A program made the position numbers and the translations under genes. A DNA stretch of 64,000 nt from positions 14,020 to 78,019 of IMG/VR virus record IMGVR_UViG_3300042317_001691; one strand, written 5' to 3'. This stretch comes from a virus. Its lineage: Duplodnaviria > Caudoviricetes. Of the stretch, positions 1 through 9,079 are shown in pieces; positions within the stretch are counted from its first letter, which is position 1; every line of letters starts with the position of its first letter. Under the pieces are notes generated by a model. That model saw only the letters and a list, made by a program, of their open reading frames with translations, searched no databases and was not told where the DNA came from.

Positions 1-3000
1 GGCATTACAAAATCTGAACAACTTGATGATGTCCCTAAAGGATTTAAAACTTATGGAGACATATTGAATCCAAATAGATATTCTTTTTCTAGCAATAGCA
101 GTAAAGTATTGTTAGCTGTTGATGATGGAACATATTTTAATATAATTGGAGGTGGTGACGATATTACAATTGTAAATACTTGCATTAGTGAGGTTATTAA
201 TAAATCAAAAACATATTACGATGCCATATCAGAATTTAGTAAAATTTATACTAAAAATAGTAACGTATCAACAGATAAAACTTTAGAAGAACTTTTTTCT
301 CCAAAGTATTCTTTGGCAACAATGTCAAATGGTTTTACGTTAAAAAATTATCTCATACCTACACAATATTGCGCATTACAAGGAGGATTTAGAGTATTAA
401 AAAACCAATTAGACCCTTCTTCATTTGATGCGAAATTAAAGACAAAAAACGATGATAATTCTTTATTTTATGAATTTGGACTAAGGGACAGAGATTTAGT
501 TTCCACCGTTGTCACAAGTGCTTATTCTGCGACTAGTACTACTACAAATTTTGGCATTCTTCCCGCTGGAAATACTCTTGCAACAATTACAGTAAATTAT
601 AAAACTGCAGCCACTTCAAGTACTAGTACTAGATATGTTATATCGACCAAAATAAATTCAATTATTCCTTGGCACGAAATTTTTGCATCTTGGCAATTTT
701 CTACAACAAATTATAGAATTGGATCTTTGGCCGAAAATTTGACAAGTTATCACGCCTTATTCTCTCCTAATAAATATATAAATATATATAACTATATAGT
801 TTATCCATTTTTGAAAATACCAGCAGTAAATGGAGCAAGAAGCAGCACTTCTATTCAAGACATTTTTTTAATTGGTTTAAATAAAGCTTACCTTGAACAA
901 CAAACTTCATTTTGGAAAAAAGTTTCTCAAGGAAATGCTTACTATTTAAGTTTAGACGCTTTGGAAAATTTGCTTGAAGAATTTTCATTAAAAAATATAA
1001 ATTTATTTGATTATTATACATACGGCAGTACAAGCGTTGTAAAAACAACATCAATTACAAATTATTCCTTAACAAAATTATTAGAAAATAATTTAATTAA
1101 ATTTGAAAATGGAAAATTATTGAATGTTTCAAATATTTATAGTGTCACCTTTACTGATGTTTCACAAGATAAAACTGATTCTTTATATGCATCAAATCTA
1201 GCTAGTAATAAAAATTTTTACAATGATGTAAATATTTATTTATATAATAATTCTTTTTCTTCGATAACTCAAAAAGCTAAAATACTTACGGCTTCAAGTA
1301 TTTTATTTTCTAATTTAGATTACGCTTATGGTGAATCAGCGTTTCATGCGGATACAATTATAACTTATACTTTATTTATTGATTCGGCTACTTATTTAGA
1401 AAATAAAGTGACTAATGGGTCAACTTTTTCAGAATTTAAATCTATAGATGGGAGTTGGATTCTTGAACCAAAAGATCCTACATTAAGTCCCTCAATACTA
1501 AGAAATGCTTGTCAAACAGTAGCAGCGGGAACAAAATTACCAACGACAGTAAAAATACAAATTGAAACTGGTTATGAAACTGAAGAAAATTCTTCTCCTT
1601 CTTTAGTTTTTGGAAATTATTTTTGTTATTGCTTTGATATATATGGTATATCTACAGATCAAGCCAGAATAGATATTGGTAGATCATCTCACCCCAGTGT
1701 TAAATCTTTTCTAGCTAACTTATCAAGATTAGCTGACCGATCTTCTAATTTTTATAAAAATCAAAAAGCTTATACTTTAGAGATAGAACATTTTAGTAAT
1801 GGTTCTTTAGTAGATAGAAGTGGTTTTTTGAAAAATACTTTAGTTGGAACTTTTTTTGAAGATTTTTGTTTATCAAATATAAAAACTGGAACTCATTCAA
1901 GATTAGACGATGAAGTTTTAAATTATTTTGGTTTAGAGAAAGATTTTTGCCCTTTTTCCGCTGGTGGCCCTTCGTACGCTAAATATAATTCAATTTATAA
2001 TGCTTTTGAATGTTATACTAAATATTGGGAACCTAATTTGCTTTTAGATCAAAATCATTTATATTGTGACGATCTTTATTACGCTCCTTACACAAAATTT
2101 TCTGATCAAAATTTAACTAAAACTTACTTTACCGCAAATCTCACGGATTGTATAGAAAATCCTTATCGATATAACACTTACAAAATAAAATGCGATACAG
2201 ATCCAAATTGCTTCTTAGTTTTAAAAGTTAAAGAATTCACGATTGAATCTTTTGATAATTTAACTTTAACAGATCCAACCATTAATTACGACGCAAAAGG
2301 TTATTATTCAAACGAATTTATAATTTTTACTCATGGCTTAATAAGTGGAAATGTAACAAATAATCAATTAACTGGATTTAATTATTGCCCGCAATACAGG
2401 GCCATTTCGCATGAAATGGTTAAGGATTATTTCGGTTCAAACGCATATTATTCTGGATTTGATTATTTATATTATAAATCGAATCTTGGCATGACTAAAA
2501 AAAGCCTTCCTAGTAAATTTGGATCTTTTTTATCTGATGTCATATGTGAGAGTAGTACTAGTTGGCCAATCACAACTACTGTTAATGCAAATGGTGGCAA
2601 TACCATTAAAGTGGATTTAAAAAATAATGTTTCTCCAAGTCATTTTTCTTCTATTTTGCATTTATCGCATGAATATATTACTGAATCAAATACTTTTGGT
2701 TTTTCCTCTTATGGAGATTTGGCAGACAAAATAGACGCTACTAATAACTGTACCGCTTTAACTTCGAATGCTAAATTATTAACTAGTGCAGGATTTACTG
2801 AGATAACCTCCAACTATTCAAATATTTTTAATGATTCAAATCAACAAAATTTTTGCCTTTTGCTTGAAAAGGAAATAAAAAATGCAAAAACTTATTGTTC
2901 AGTCATTGAATTAAGTAAAACTGATATTAGAAATAAATTATGTAAATATTTTACGCATAATGAATGCGCAATTGATAATTTGTTTTTTGATGGAGCTGAT

Positions 3001-3873
3001 CTTTATTTAAGATCAACGGCTGCTCAAAAAACTGCATTAAAAAATTTATCTCCAGACGTCAGCACTTTAGCTCAAGGCGTTAATAGAATATTTGATAAAA
3101 CTTATTACGATTACATAAATAAAACTAATGCAGATGGTAGCGCAAATTTTCTGAGAGTTTTTCAAAAACAAATTCCCAATAGTTCTGCATTTGTTAATGC
3201 AATTTATATAAAAACAATTACAGAATTAAAAGATAAAAGATATGACATTTTACTTGAGAATAGGGTGCCTGGATTGCCAATCGTCCCAATTGTTATTTAT
3301 CCAAAAATTTGGATTATACATGATAAAAAATTAAATGTTATTTTAGTCATAATGAATGATTGGGGCAATGGTTCGATTGCAAATAAATATGTAAATACTC
3401 AAACTGGGCAAGGAATAGAAGATCATATAGATATAATTAGATTAGATTGGTTTAGAGAAGAAAGTCCTGCTACGATTTCACTAGACAATATTGGTAAAAC
3501 TGCGGTATCTGCTACTGTTGGGTCAGCACAAATTGTATATGCAGTGGATGAATATGGAAACCAAATGATCGATCAAGATGGAAATCTTATTCTAACATAT
3601 TTACTTTCAAATGAGTATGGAGGAACTATTCTTACCGCTATAGAATTAAACAGATTAGTCGATAATTTTATAACTTCTAAAGTAGAAGTTATTAGCCGAA
3701 CAGGGCCAGTTACTATAAATTGGAATGATAAAAATTATTGGCTTTTTAGTGCTGTTACATATATAGGTGATCCACCTGCTACATTCGCAACTGTTAATGA
3801 TAATAAAGAACTTTTTGTAAAAGGTTTCGTAGTTCTTTCGTGGATCGTAGATGTGCCAACTTGGGCTCCATAG
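1..3873 (+). CDS. Large virion/tail-associated protein, 5'-truncated (frame is open from base 1); possibly the N-terminal part of the tail tip protein
   Basis: Frame 1 reads GITKSEQLDDVPKGFKTYGDILNPNRY... from position 1 without a stop. Asn/Ser/Thr/Tyr-rich and directly upstream of the J-like gene. No recognisable catalytic motif. Confidence 0.55.
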   Translation, partial: GITKSEQLDDVPKGFKTYGDILNPNRYSFSSNSSKVLLAVDDGTYFNIIGGGDDITIVNTCISEVINKSKTYYDAISEFSKIYTKNSNVSTDKTLEELFSPKYSLATMSNGFTLKNYLIPTQYCALQGGFRVLKNQLDPSSFDAKLKTKNDDNSLFYEFGLRDRDLVSTVVTSAYSATSTTTNFGILPAGNTLATITVNYKTAATSSTSTRYVISTKINSIIPWHEIFASWQFSTTNYRIGSLAENLTSYHALFSPNKYINIYNYIVYPFLKIPAVNGARSSTSIQDIFLIGLNKAYLEQQTSFWKKVSQGNAYYLSLDALENLLEEFSLKNINLFDYYTYGSTSVVKTTSITNYSLTKLLENNLIKFENGKLLNVSNIYSVTFTDVSQDKTDSLYASNLASNKNFYNDVNIYLYNNSFSSITQKAKILTASSILFSNLDYAYGESAFHADTIITYTLFIDSATYLENKVTNGSTFSEFKSIDGSWILEPKDPTLSPSILRNACQTVAAGTKLPTTVKIQIETGYETEENSSPSLVFGNYFCYCFDIYGISTDQARIDIGRSSHPSVKSFLANLSRLADRSSNFYKNQKAYTLEIEHFSNGSLVDRSGFLKNTLVGTFFEDFCLSNIKTGTHSRLDDEVLNYFGLEKDFCPFSAGGPSYAKYNSIYNAFECYTKYWEPNLLLDQNHLYCDDLYYAPYTKFSDQNLTKTYFTANLTDCIENPYRYNTYKIKCDTDPNCFLVLKVKEFTIESFDNLTLTDPTINYDAKGYYSNEFIIFTHGLISGNVTNNQLTGFNYCPQYRAISHEMVKDYFGSNAYYSGFDYLYYKSNLGMTKKSLPSKFGSFLSDVICESSTSWPITTTVNANGGNTIKVDLKNNVSPSHFSSILHLSHEYITESNTFGFSSYGDLADKIDATNNCTALTSNAKLLTSAGFTEITSNYSNIFNDSNQQNFCLLLEKEIKNAKTYCSVIELSKTDIRNKLCKYFTHNECAIDNLFFDGADLYLRSTAAQKTALKNLSPDVSTLAQGVNRIFDKTYYDYINKTNADGSANFLRVFQKQIPNSSAFVNAIYIKTITELKDKRYDILLENRVPGLPIVPIVIYPKIWIIHDKKLNVILVIMNDWGNGSIANKYVNTQTGQGIEDHIDIIRLDWFREESPATISLDNIGKTAVSATVGSAQIVYAVDEYGNQMIDQDGNLILTYLLSNEYGGTILTAIELNRLVDNFITSKVEVISRTGPVTINWNDKNYWLFSAVTYIGDPPATFATVNDNKELFVKGFVVLSWIVDVPTWAP

Positions 3874-6767
3874 GCGAAGCTCTCTCTAGAATTTTTAAAT
3901 TATTTTTACATATGGCAAATATTTATCCCAACATTGAAATTAATTTCCCTTATCCCGACTTCTACAATGATGCATGGACTAATTCAAAATCATTTATATT
4001 AAATGTAAATGGTGTTAATAAATCTTATTGTTATATTAAGCAAGATGTTTCACCTTCTATTACTGACTCGCAACTAGCAACAGAAATAACTAAAATTTTG
4101 CAATCGAAGGGAATTGCAAATGACTTAAGTTTTTTAGAAGATTTTTACCCTTTTAAGGGAGCAGCAAATTATAATGGAAGATTAGACATTTATTATTTGG
4201 GCCAGAATGCTCTTACAAATATTCCAAGAAATGAAACAAATGTCTTTGCAAATGATGCTGGTTTAAAAATAAGAATCCCTCCACCTAAAGTTGATAAAAG
4301 TGGAAAAGTAATAAGAAGGTTTGTTAAAGTTACAAGATTGTCTCACGAAACTCTATCTCCTTTAATTTCTAAAAGTGTCTCTTTGCAAAAAGTCACGGAA
4401 ATTATACAACAAAATTTTTCATATCCATTGTCGTCCATAGTAGGAATGAAATTGGATTCAAGAAGCTTCTCTCAAATTCCCAGTAGAACATTTGAATGTA
4501 AATTAAAAAAAGTATTAGTGCCCTCTAATTATTTTCCTTTAAATGATAAAGATGAAGATCATAGATATTTAATGTCAAGTGTTAACAAAGCTGTAATTTA
4601 CGCGGGAGATTGGGATGGAACATTTAAATTTGCTTGGACCAACAATCCAGCATGGATAATAATGGACATGCTTGTTAATAAAAGATATGGTTTGGGCAAC
4701 TATATAGAGTCTGAACAAGTGGATATTTGGGAACTTTATAAAATAGCAAGATGGTGTGATGCAGTTGACGAAAATGGTATTTTTAAAGGCGTGCCTAATG
4801 GGTTAGGAGGTATTGAACCGAGACACGCCTTTAATGCAGTAATACAAGAAAAATTTAATATTTTTGACATGATTAATCAAATTGCTTCTGTTTTCAAAGG
4901 AAATGTTTATTACATGAATTCCTTAATTACGTTCAGTGCGGAAATGCCAAAACCACCAGTTGGAGAATTTACAAATTCTGACGTAAAAGATGGACTATTT
5001 AATTATACAAATCTTAAAAAAGATGAAGAATTTACGGCTGTTGATGTAGCTTTTGTTGATGAAAAAAATAATTATAAGCCAGCGATTGAATACGTTGAAG
5101 ATTCAGATGGAATTAGAAAAAGGGGAATATTAAAAAAAGAAGTAAATGCTTTTGGCGTGACCTCTAGGGCTCAAGCCAAAAGAGTTGGTAAGCACTTTTT
5201 ACATCATACCGCAAAAGAAAATTTAAATGTAAATTTTACAACTGATATGAGAGCTTTGCTATACAAACCTGGAGATATTATAAGAATACACGACGAACTT
5301 TTAAGTTCGTATAAAAATTACGGAAAAATACTGAGCATTGAAAATGTAGTTGGTGCTGACGCCTTATTTAAAATAACCATAGATAAGCATATTGAATCGG
5401 GAATTTATGATACTGGTTCAATAACTTTATATACGCCCTTAGCAAAGCCAAAATATGAAGACATGGCTTCGTATTCAGAATTCGTTCCAACTTCAGTAAA
5501 TTTGGTGACGAATAATTCTCCAATTGGAAATATTTTAACAAAATTTATTACTGACGATGACCCATCTTTAAGTGCTGTAAGCGTACCAAGTTTAACATTA
5601 ACTCCATATAGATCAAATCCAAATAATTGGAGTTTTTCTGGTAAATTTAAACAGCAATTTACTCAACCTCCATCAACTACTCCTATAGATAAATTAATTA
5701 ATATTTATTCTTTTTATAAAGAAGGTGATTTATATGGGATTCCATCTCAACACGGACATTGGGAAATAAAAACTGGCGATTACGAAATTGACTCTCTCTC
5801 CACTTATAGTGGAAGAAGAATTATTTTAGATTCTGTTCTAAATGAAGAAATAAAAATTCAATCTCCACATAAGAAATACTTTTTTGAATATTTTGACAGT
5901 GGAAGATTTGTAAATCTATCTGGAACTGGAATTGGTGGAACTCTAATATATACTGGATATTATTTTAATCCCGAATCTAATGCACAATATATAAAATTTA
6001 ATACGGTTGAATATAAAAAACCAGAAATTGCATATTCAAGAATTTTAGAAAATGATAGGCCTTCTATTGAGTCTTTTCTAATTTCTGAATATTTAAACTC
6101 TGGACATACTGGAGAGAATGGAGTTTTATTGAATAAATATTCAGAAGTTAAAGTTTTTAAAAAACGAGAAGTTCCAAACGTATTAGACTTTTTTGCAACT
6201 GGATCGGCATACTCAATTAATATTTTAAATAAAAATGTTCCAAATTTCAGAATTCTTTCTATAACTGAAAATTATATAAATGAATATGATATATTTGCGA
6301 CTCAATTTGATCAAAATAAATTTGCAGAAATAGAAGAGTCTCAAGTTGACAATTTAGAAGATACGTTTAATGCTTTATATGGTTATACTTCAGCAAAATC
6401 TTTAAGTGTTGACGATTTATTAAAAACTCCAATTTTGCAACCAATTCAAATTTTTGAATTTGAATCAAATAAATATTTAAATATAACTTGGAATTTAGAT
6501 ACAAATGACATTTCGTCTTTATCTTATTTAAGATTTAAAATATCAATTCAAACCCCATCCAGACAAACTTCAAATTTTGAAATAGATAATTTAACCTTTG
6601 ATCAAACCTATGATAAAAATTCAAATTTATTTGTTTACAATGCGTTTAAAGTAGCAAGAGAAGAAGTAGGAACTTATATTGTGCAAGTTCAAACTTTTTA
6701 TGATGAAGCGGGCATGTACAAATTTTCTACACCAGCAAAGAGAAGTTTCTACTATTTGAATTATTAA
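3840..6767 (+). CDS. Tail tip / host-specificity protein, lambda gpJ-like (probable ATG at 3912)
   Basis: Hallmark J motifs YPLSSIVGMKLDSRSF, WDGTFKFAWTNNPAWI, RYGLG, DIWELYKIARWCD and FNYT...AVDVAFVD; FN3-like C-terminal segment. Confidence 0.85.
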   Translation: MDRRCANLGSIGEALSRIFKLFLHMANIYPNIEINFPYPDFYNDAWTNSKSFILNVNGVNKSYCYIKQDVSPSITDSQLATEITKILQSKGIANDLSFLEDFYPFKGAANYNGRLDIYYLGQNALTNIPRNETNVFANDAGLKIRIPPPKVDKSGKVIRRFVKVTRLSHETLSPLISKSVSLQKVTEIIQQNFSYPLSSIVGMKLDSRSFSQIPSRTFECKLKKVLVPSNYFPLNDKDEDHRYLMSSVNKAVIYAGDWDGTFKFAWTNNPAWIIMDMLVNKRYGLGNYIESEQVDIWELYKIARWCDAVDENGIFKGVPNGLGGIEPRHAFNAVIQEKFNIFDMINQIASVFKGNVYYMNSLITFSAEMPKPPVGEFTNSDVKDGLFNYTNLKKDEEFTAVDVAFVDEKNNYKPAIEYVEDSDGIRKRGILKKEVNAFGVTSRAQAKRVGKHFLHHTAKENLNVNFTTDMRALLYKPGDIIRIHDELLSSYKNYGKILSIENVVGADALFKITIDKHIESGIYDTGSITLYTPLAKPKYEDMASYSEFVPTSVNLVTNNSPIGNILTKFITDDDPSLSAVSVPSLTLTPYRSNPNNWSFSGKFKQQFTQPPSTTPIDKLINIYSFYKEGDLYGIPSQHGHWEIKTGDYEIDSLSTYSGRRIILDSVLNEEIKIQSPHKKYFFEYFDSGRFVNLSGTGIGGTLIYTGYYFNPESNAQYIKFNTVEYKKPEIAYSRILENDRPSIESFLISEYLNSGHTGENGVLLNKYSEVKVFKKREVPNVLDFFATGSAYSINILNKNVPNFRILSITENYINEYDIFATQFDQNKFAEIEESQVDNLEDTFNALYGYTSAKSLSVDDLLKTPILQPIQIFEFESNKYLNITWNLDTNDISSLSYLRFKISIQTPSRQTSNFEIDNLTFDQTYDKNSNLFVYNAFKVAREEVGTYIVQVQTFYDEAGMYKFSTPAKRSFYYLNY

Positions 6768-7234
6768 AGTTTTTTTACAAAAACCTCAGAATCTTTTTCG
6801 AAGCCAATTGCTTTATAAAACTTCTTTATCTTTTCTGAAAGAGGATGTCTCTCAACGGCATTCATAAAAATATATTCGCATTTTTGAGATTTGGCAAAAT
6901 TGACCGCTTCTTTGTACAAGAGTAATCCCACGGAAGAATTTTTAGAAAGCCAAAGATATTCATCCATTATTTTCTTGCCAAATTTTTCAGATTTTCTAGT
7001 TATGCCAATAAATATTGAGTCCCACTTTTCGCCATTAAAGTAGGCCCAAACATGTATGTTCCAAATTAAAAGAGATTCATGCGATATAGATTCAGCTATT
7101 AAATCTACATCGTGTTTTAAATTTAAAGCGTGTCCATAAATTTCGTTATCGTTAACGTGAAAAGAATGAACGTCTTCAAAAACTTTTTTTAATTCTTCGG
7201 TATTGATTATTTTTTTGACAAAGGATTTTGACAT
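6764..7234 (-). CDS. GNAT-family acetyltransferase-like protein
   Basis: 156 aa; motif-A-like VGLLLYKEAVNFAK and C-terminal KFYKAIGFEK typical of GNAT motif B. Confidence 0.6.
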   Translation of the reverse strand: MSKSFVKKIINTEELKKVFEDVHSFHVNDNEIYGHALNLKHDVDLIAESISHESLLIWNIHVWAYFNGEKWDSIFIGITRKSEKFGKKIMDEYLWLSKNSSVGLLLYKEAVNFAKSQKCEYIFMNAVERHPLSEKIKKFYKAIGFEKDSEVFVKKL

Positions 7235-7235
7235 A

Positions 7236-7937
7236 CTATTTAATAAGAGATATTAATTTCCTACATTCTTTAGCTGGAATATCTTTAAATGAAGCCCAAG
7301 ATTTTGCATCTTCATTCTGATAAACTTCTTCCGTCCAAAGTTTTCTTAGAAGATTTTTAAACTCATCAAAGTCTTGGCATCTAGCTTTTTCTTTTGCTAT
7401 TCTTTTTAAGATCCCGTGCGGAGTGATGTCAGATACTACTTGTTCAGTATTTTCATACTGAGAGACTTTATTTCGAGACTTGTCAATCTCCTCGTCTCCA
7501 ACAATGTGAATATTTAAAAAGTTTCTAACGCATCGAACAAAAGCTCGATTCGTGGCAATTGTTTCTAAAAATTTAGCACAAAAATCATCAGTGTTTTGCA
7601 AAGTTGCATTTGCAATATCCTCAAAATAAATCTCACTTTCAAAAGATGATTCTCTCCACTGAATTCCACACTTAACGACTACATAATCTTTTTCAGACTT
7701 TACTACTTCGTATCTTACTGATTTATATCCACGAAGCTTTGCGAGTTCTTTGATGCCTCCTAATTTAATTAAGAGTTGGTTATCTGCCAAACCTTCAATG
7801 GAATCTGGAATAGTTTGATTTCTTCTTTCAAACCAATCTTTATTGGGATAAAGATGTTCCGATTTGATCATTGCTCTCCAATTGATCGTTCCGTCCTCGT
7901 TCAACTTGAATTTCGTTTGCTCTTCCTGTTTGTTCAT
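7236..7937 (-). CDS. Putative Rad52/Sak-like single-strand annealing protein (probable start MNKQEEQ at 7937)
   Basis: LLIKLGGIKELA, YVVVKCGIQW and ETIATNRAFVRCVRNFLNI resemble the AxTxAxxRA helix of the Rad52/Sak family. Confidence 0.45.
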   Translation of the reverse strand: MNKQEEQTKFKLNEDGTINWRAMIKSEHLYPNKDWFERRNQTIPDSIEGLADNQLLIKLGGIKELAKLRGYKSVRYEVVKSEKDYVVVKCGIQWRESSFESEIYFEDIANATLQNTDDFCAKFLETIATNRAFVRCVRNFLNIHIVGDEEIDKSRNKVSQYENTEQVVSDITPHGILKRIAKEKARCQDFDEFKNLLRKLWTEEVYQNEDAKSWASFKDIPAKECRKLISLIK

Positions 7938-9078
7938 AGAAATAAAAATGTTCTGCATCTTTCCAGAATGCATCATCATCATAGATGACTTCATTATTAG
8001 TGTCAAGCTGTTTGTTCGATTTAACGTGAGCTTCGCTAGCAAAAATTTTACCTTCTGAAATAAGAAACTTATTGGTCAAAAATTTTGAATTTATTTTTTC
8101 CGTTCTCGAAATTCTTTCCTGCAGGTCATCATGTTCAACTTTAAAATCAAAATATTTATTTCTTAATTCTGAAAGCTTTTCTTTGTTTTGAGTGCATAAA
8201 ACAAAATTAATTTTAAATTTCTTAAGCTCTTCGAAATATTCGTTTTCAATTTCTATGTCATCAATCTTAAAGAAAACTTGTTCTATATTTTTTTGAAATT
8301 GTCCAAGCAGAGCAATTGGTAGTTTTTGATTTACAATGATTTTTACTTTATAGTTGTGACACCAAAAAGCAATAATTTGATCATCATAATGTAAGTCGCC
8401 TCTGATATACAATGTTTTATTTTTTTGATCTTCAAGATTTGCTCTAAAGTTTGGAATCACTTCGAAAATAGGAACATGATAATGGCTTCCTATTTTTAAA
8501 GTTTTAAAATTAACAGTCTCATCGATCTTGAGTAATTTTAGAGCCGAATTTACTATATCTTCTGGCTTAATTGTTCTTATTGTTTTAGGGCTTTCTTGAT
8601 ACGAAAAAGACGGCTTATTTCCTTTTTTATCTGACTCTAATAAAATCGTATTCTCTGAGGACGACCAGTACGGATACGCATTAGATGGGTAAATATGGGA
8701 GTATAAGGCCACAATAGGAGTATTGTAATTGCTAGCCATGTGAATCGGCAAGCTATCTATTCCTATGTGTAAACTAGATTTCTTTAATAAATAAGCTGAC
8801 TGCTTATATGTTAAATTCAAAAATCTTCCATCTGTATTTTCTAATACTGGGTCTTGAGGTCCGCCAATTTGATATATTTCATATCCATGTTTTTGCAAAA
8901 TTGGCTTCAACAGATTTACTACCTGTGGAAAATATTCATAAGCTTTTGAATCAATTTTATTATCAGAATGAATTGTCACGTATTTTTCCGCTAAAACTGG
9001 ATAAAAATGATCTACAATAACTGGCTTGCCGATTTTTACGCCCAAAGATTTTGCGTATTCCTCTATAAGATGTCCCAT
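7840..9078 (-). CDS. Glycosyltransferase family 9-like protein (C-terminal Rossmann half plus an extra domain)
   Basis: YVTIHS...SKAYEYF...QIGG...SSLHIGIDSLPIHMAS..NTPIVALYS matches the GT9 nucleotide-sugar-binding half. Confidence 0.8.
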   Translation of the reverse strand: MGHLIEEYAKSLGVKIGKPVIVDHFYPVLAEKYVTIHSDNKIDSKAYEYFPQVVNLLKPILQKHGYEIYQIGGPQDPVLENTDGRFLNLTYKQSAYLLKKSSLHIGIDSLPIHMASNYNTPIVALYSHIYPSNAYPYWSSSENTILLESDKKGNKPSFSYQESPKTIRTIKPEDIVNSALKLLKIDETVNFKTLKIGSHYHVPIFEVIPNFRANLEDQKNKTLYIRGDLHYDDQIIAFWCHNYKVKIIVNQKLPIALLGQFQKNIEQVFFKIDDIEIENEYFEELKKFKINFVLCTQNKEKLSELRNKYFDFKVEHDDLQERISRTEKINSKFLTNKFLISEGKIFASEAHVKSNKQLDTNNEVIYDDDAFWKDAEHFYFYEQTGRANEIQVERGRNDQLESNDQIGTSLSQ

Positions 9079-9079
9079 A

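Noticed and set aside
7938-8042. N-terminal extension of the SSAP-like ORF (MLAKLTLN…MMMMH)
   Set aside because: Out-of-frame overlap with the GT9 gene; protein-like sequence starts at MNKQEEQ (7937)
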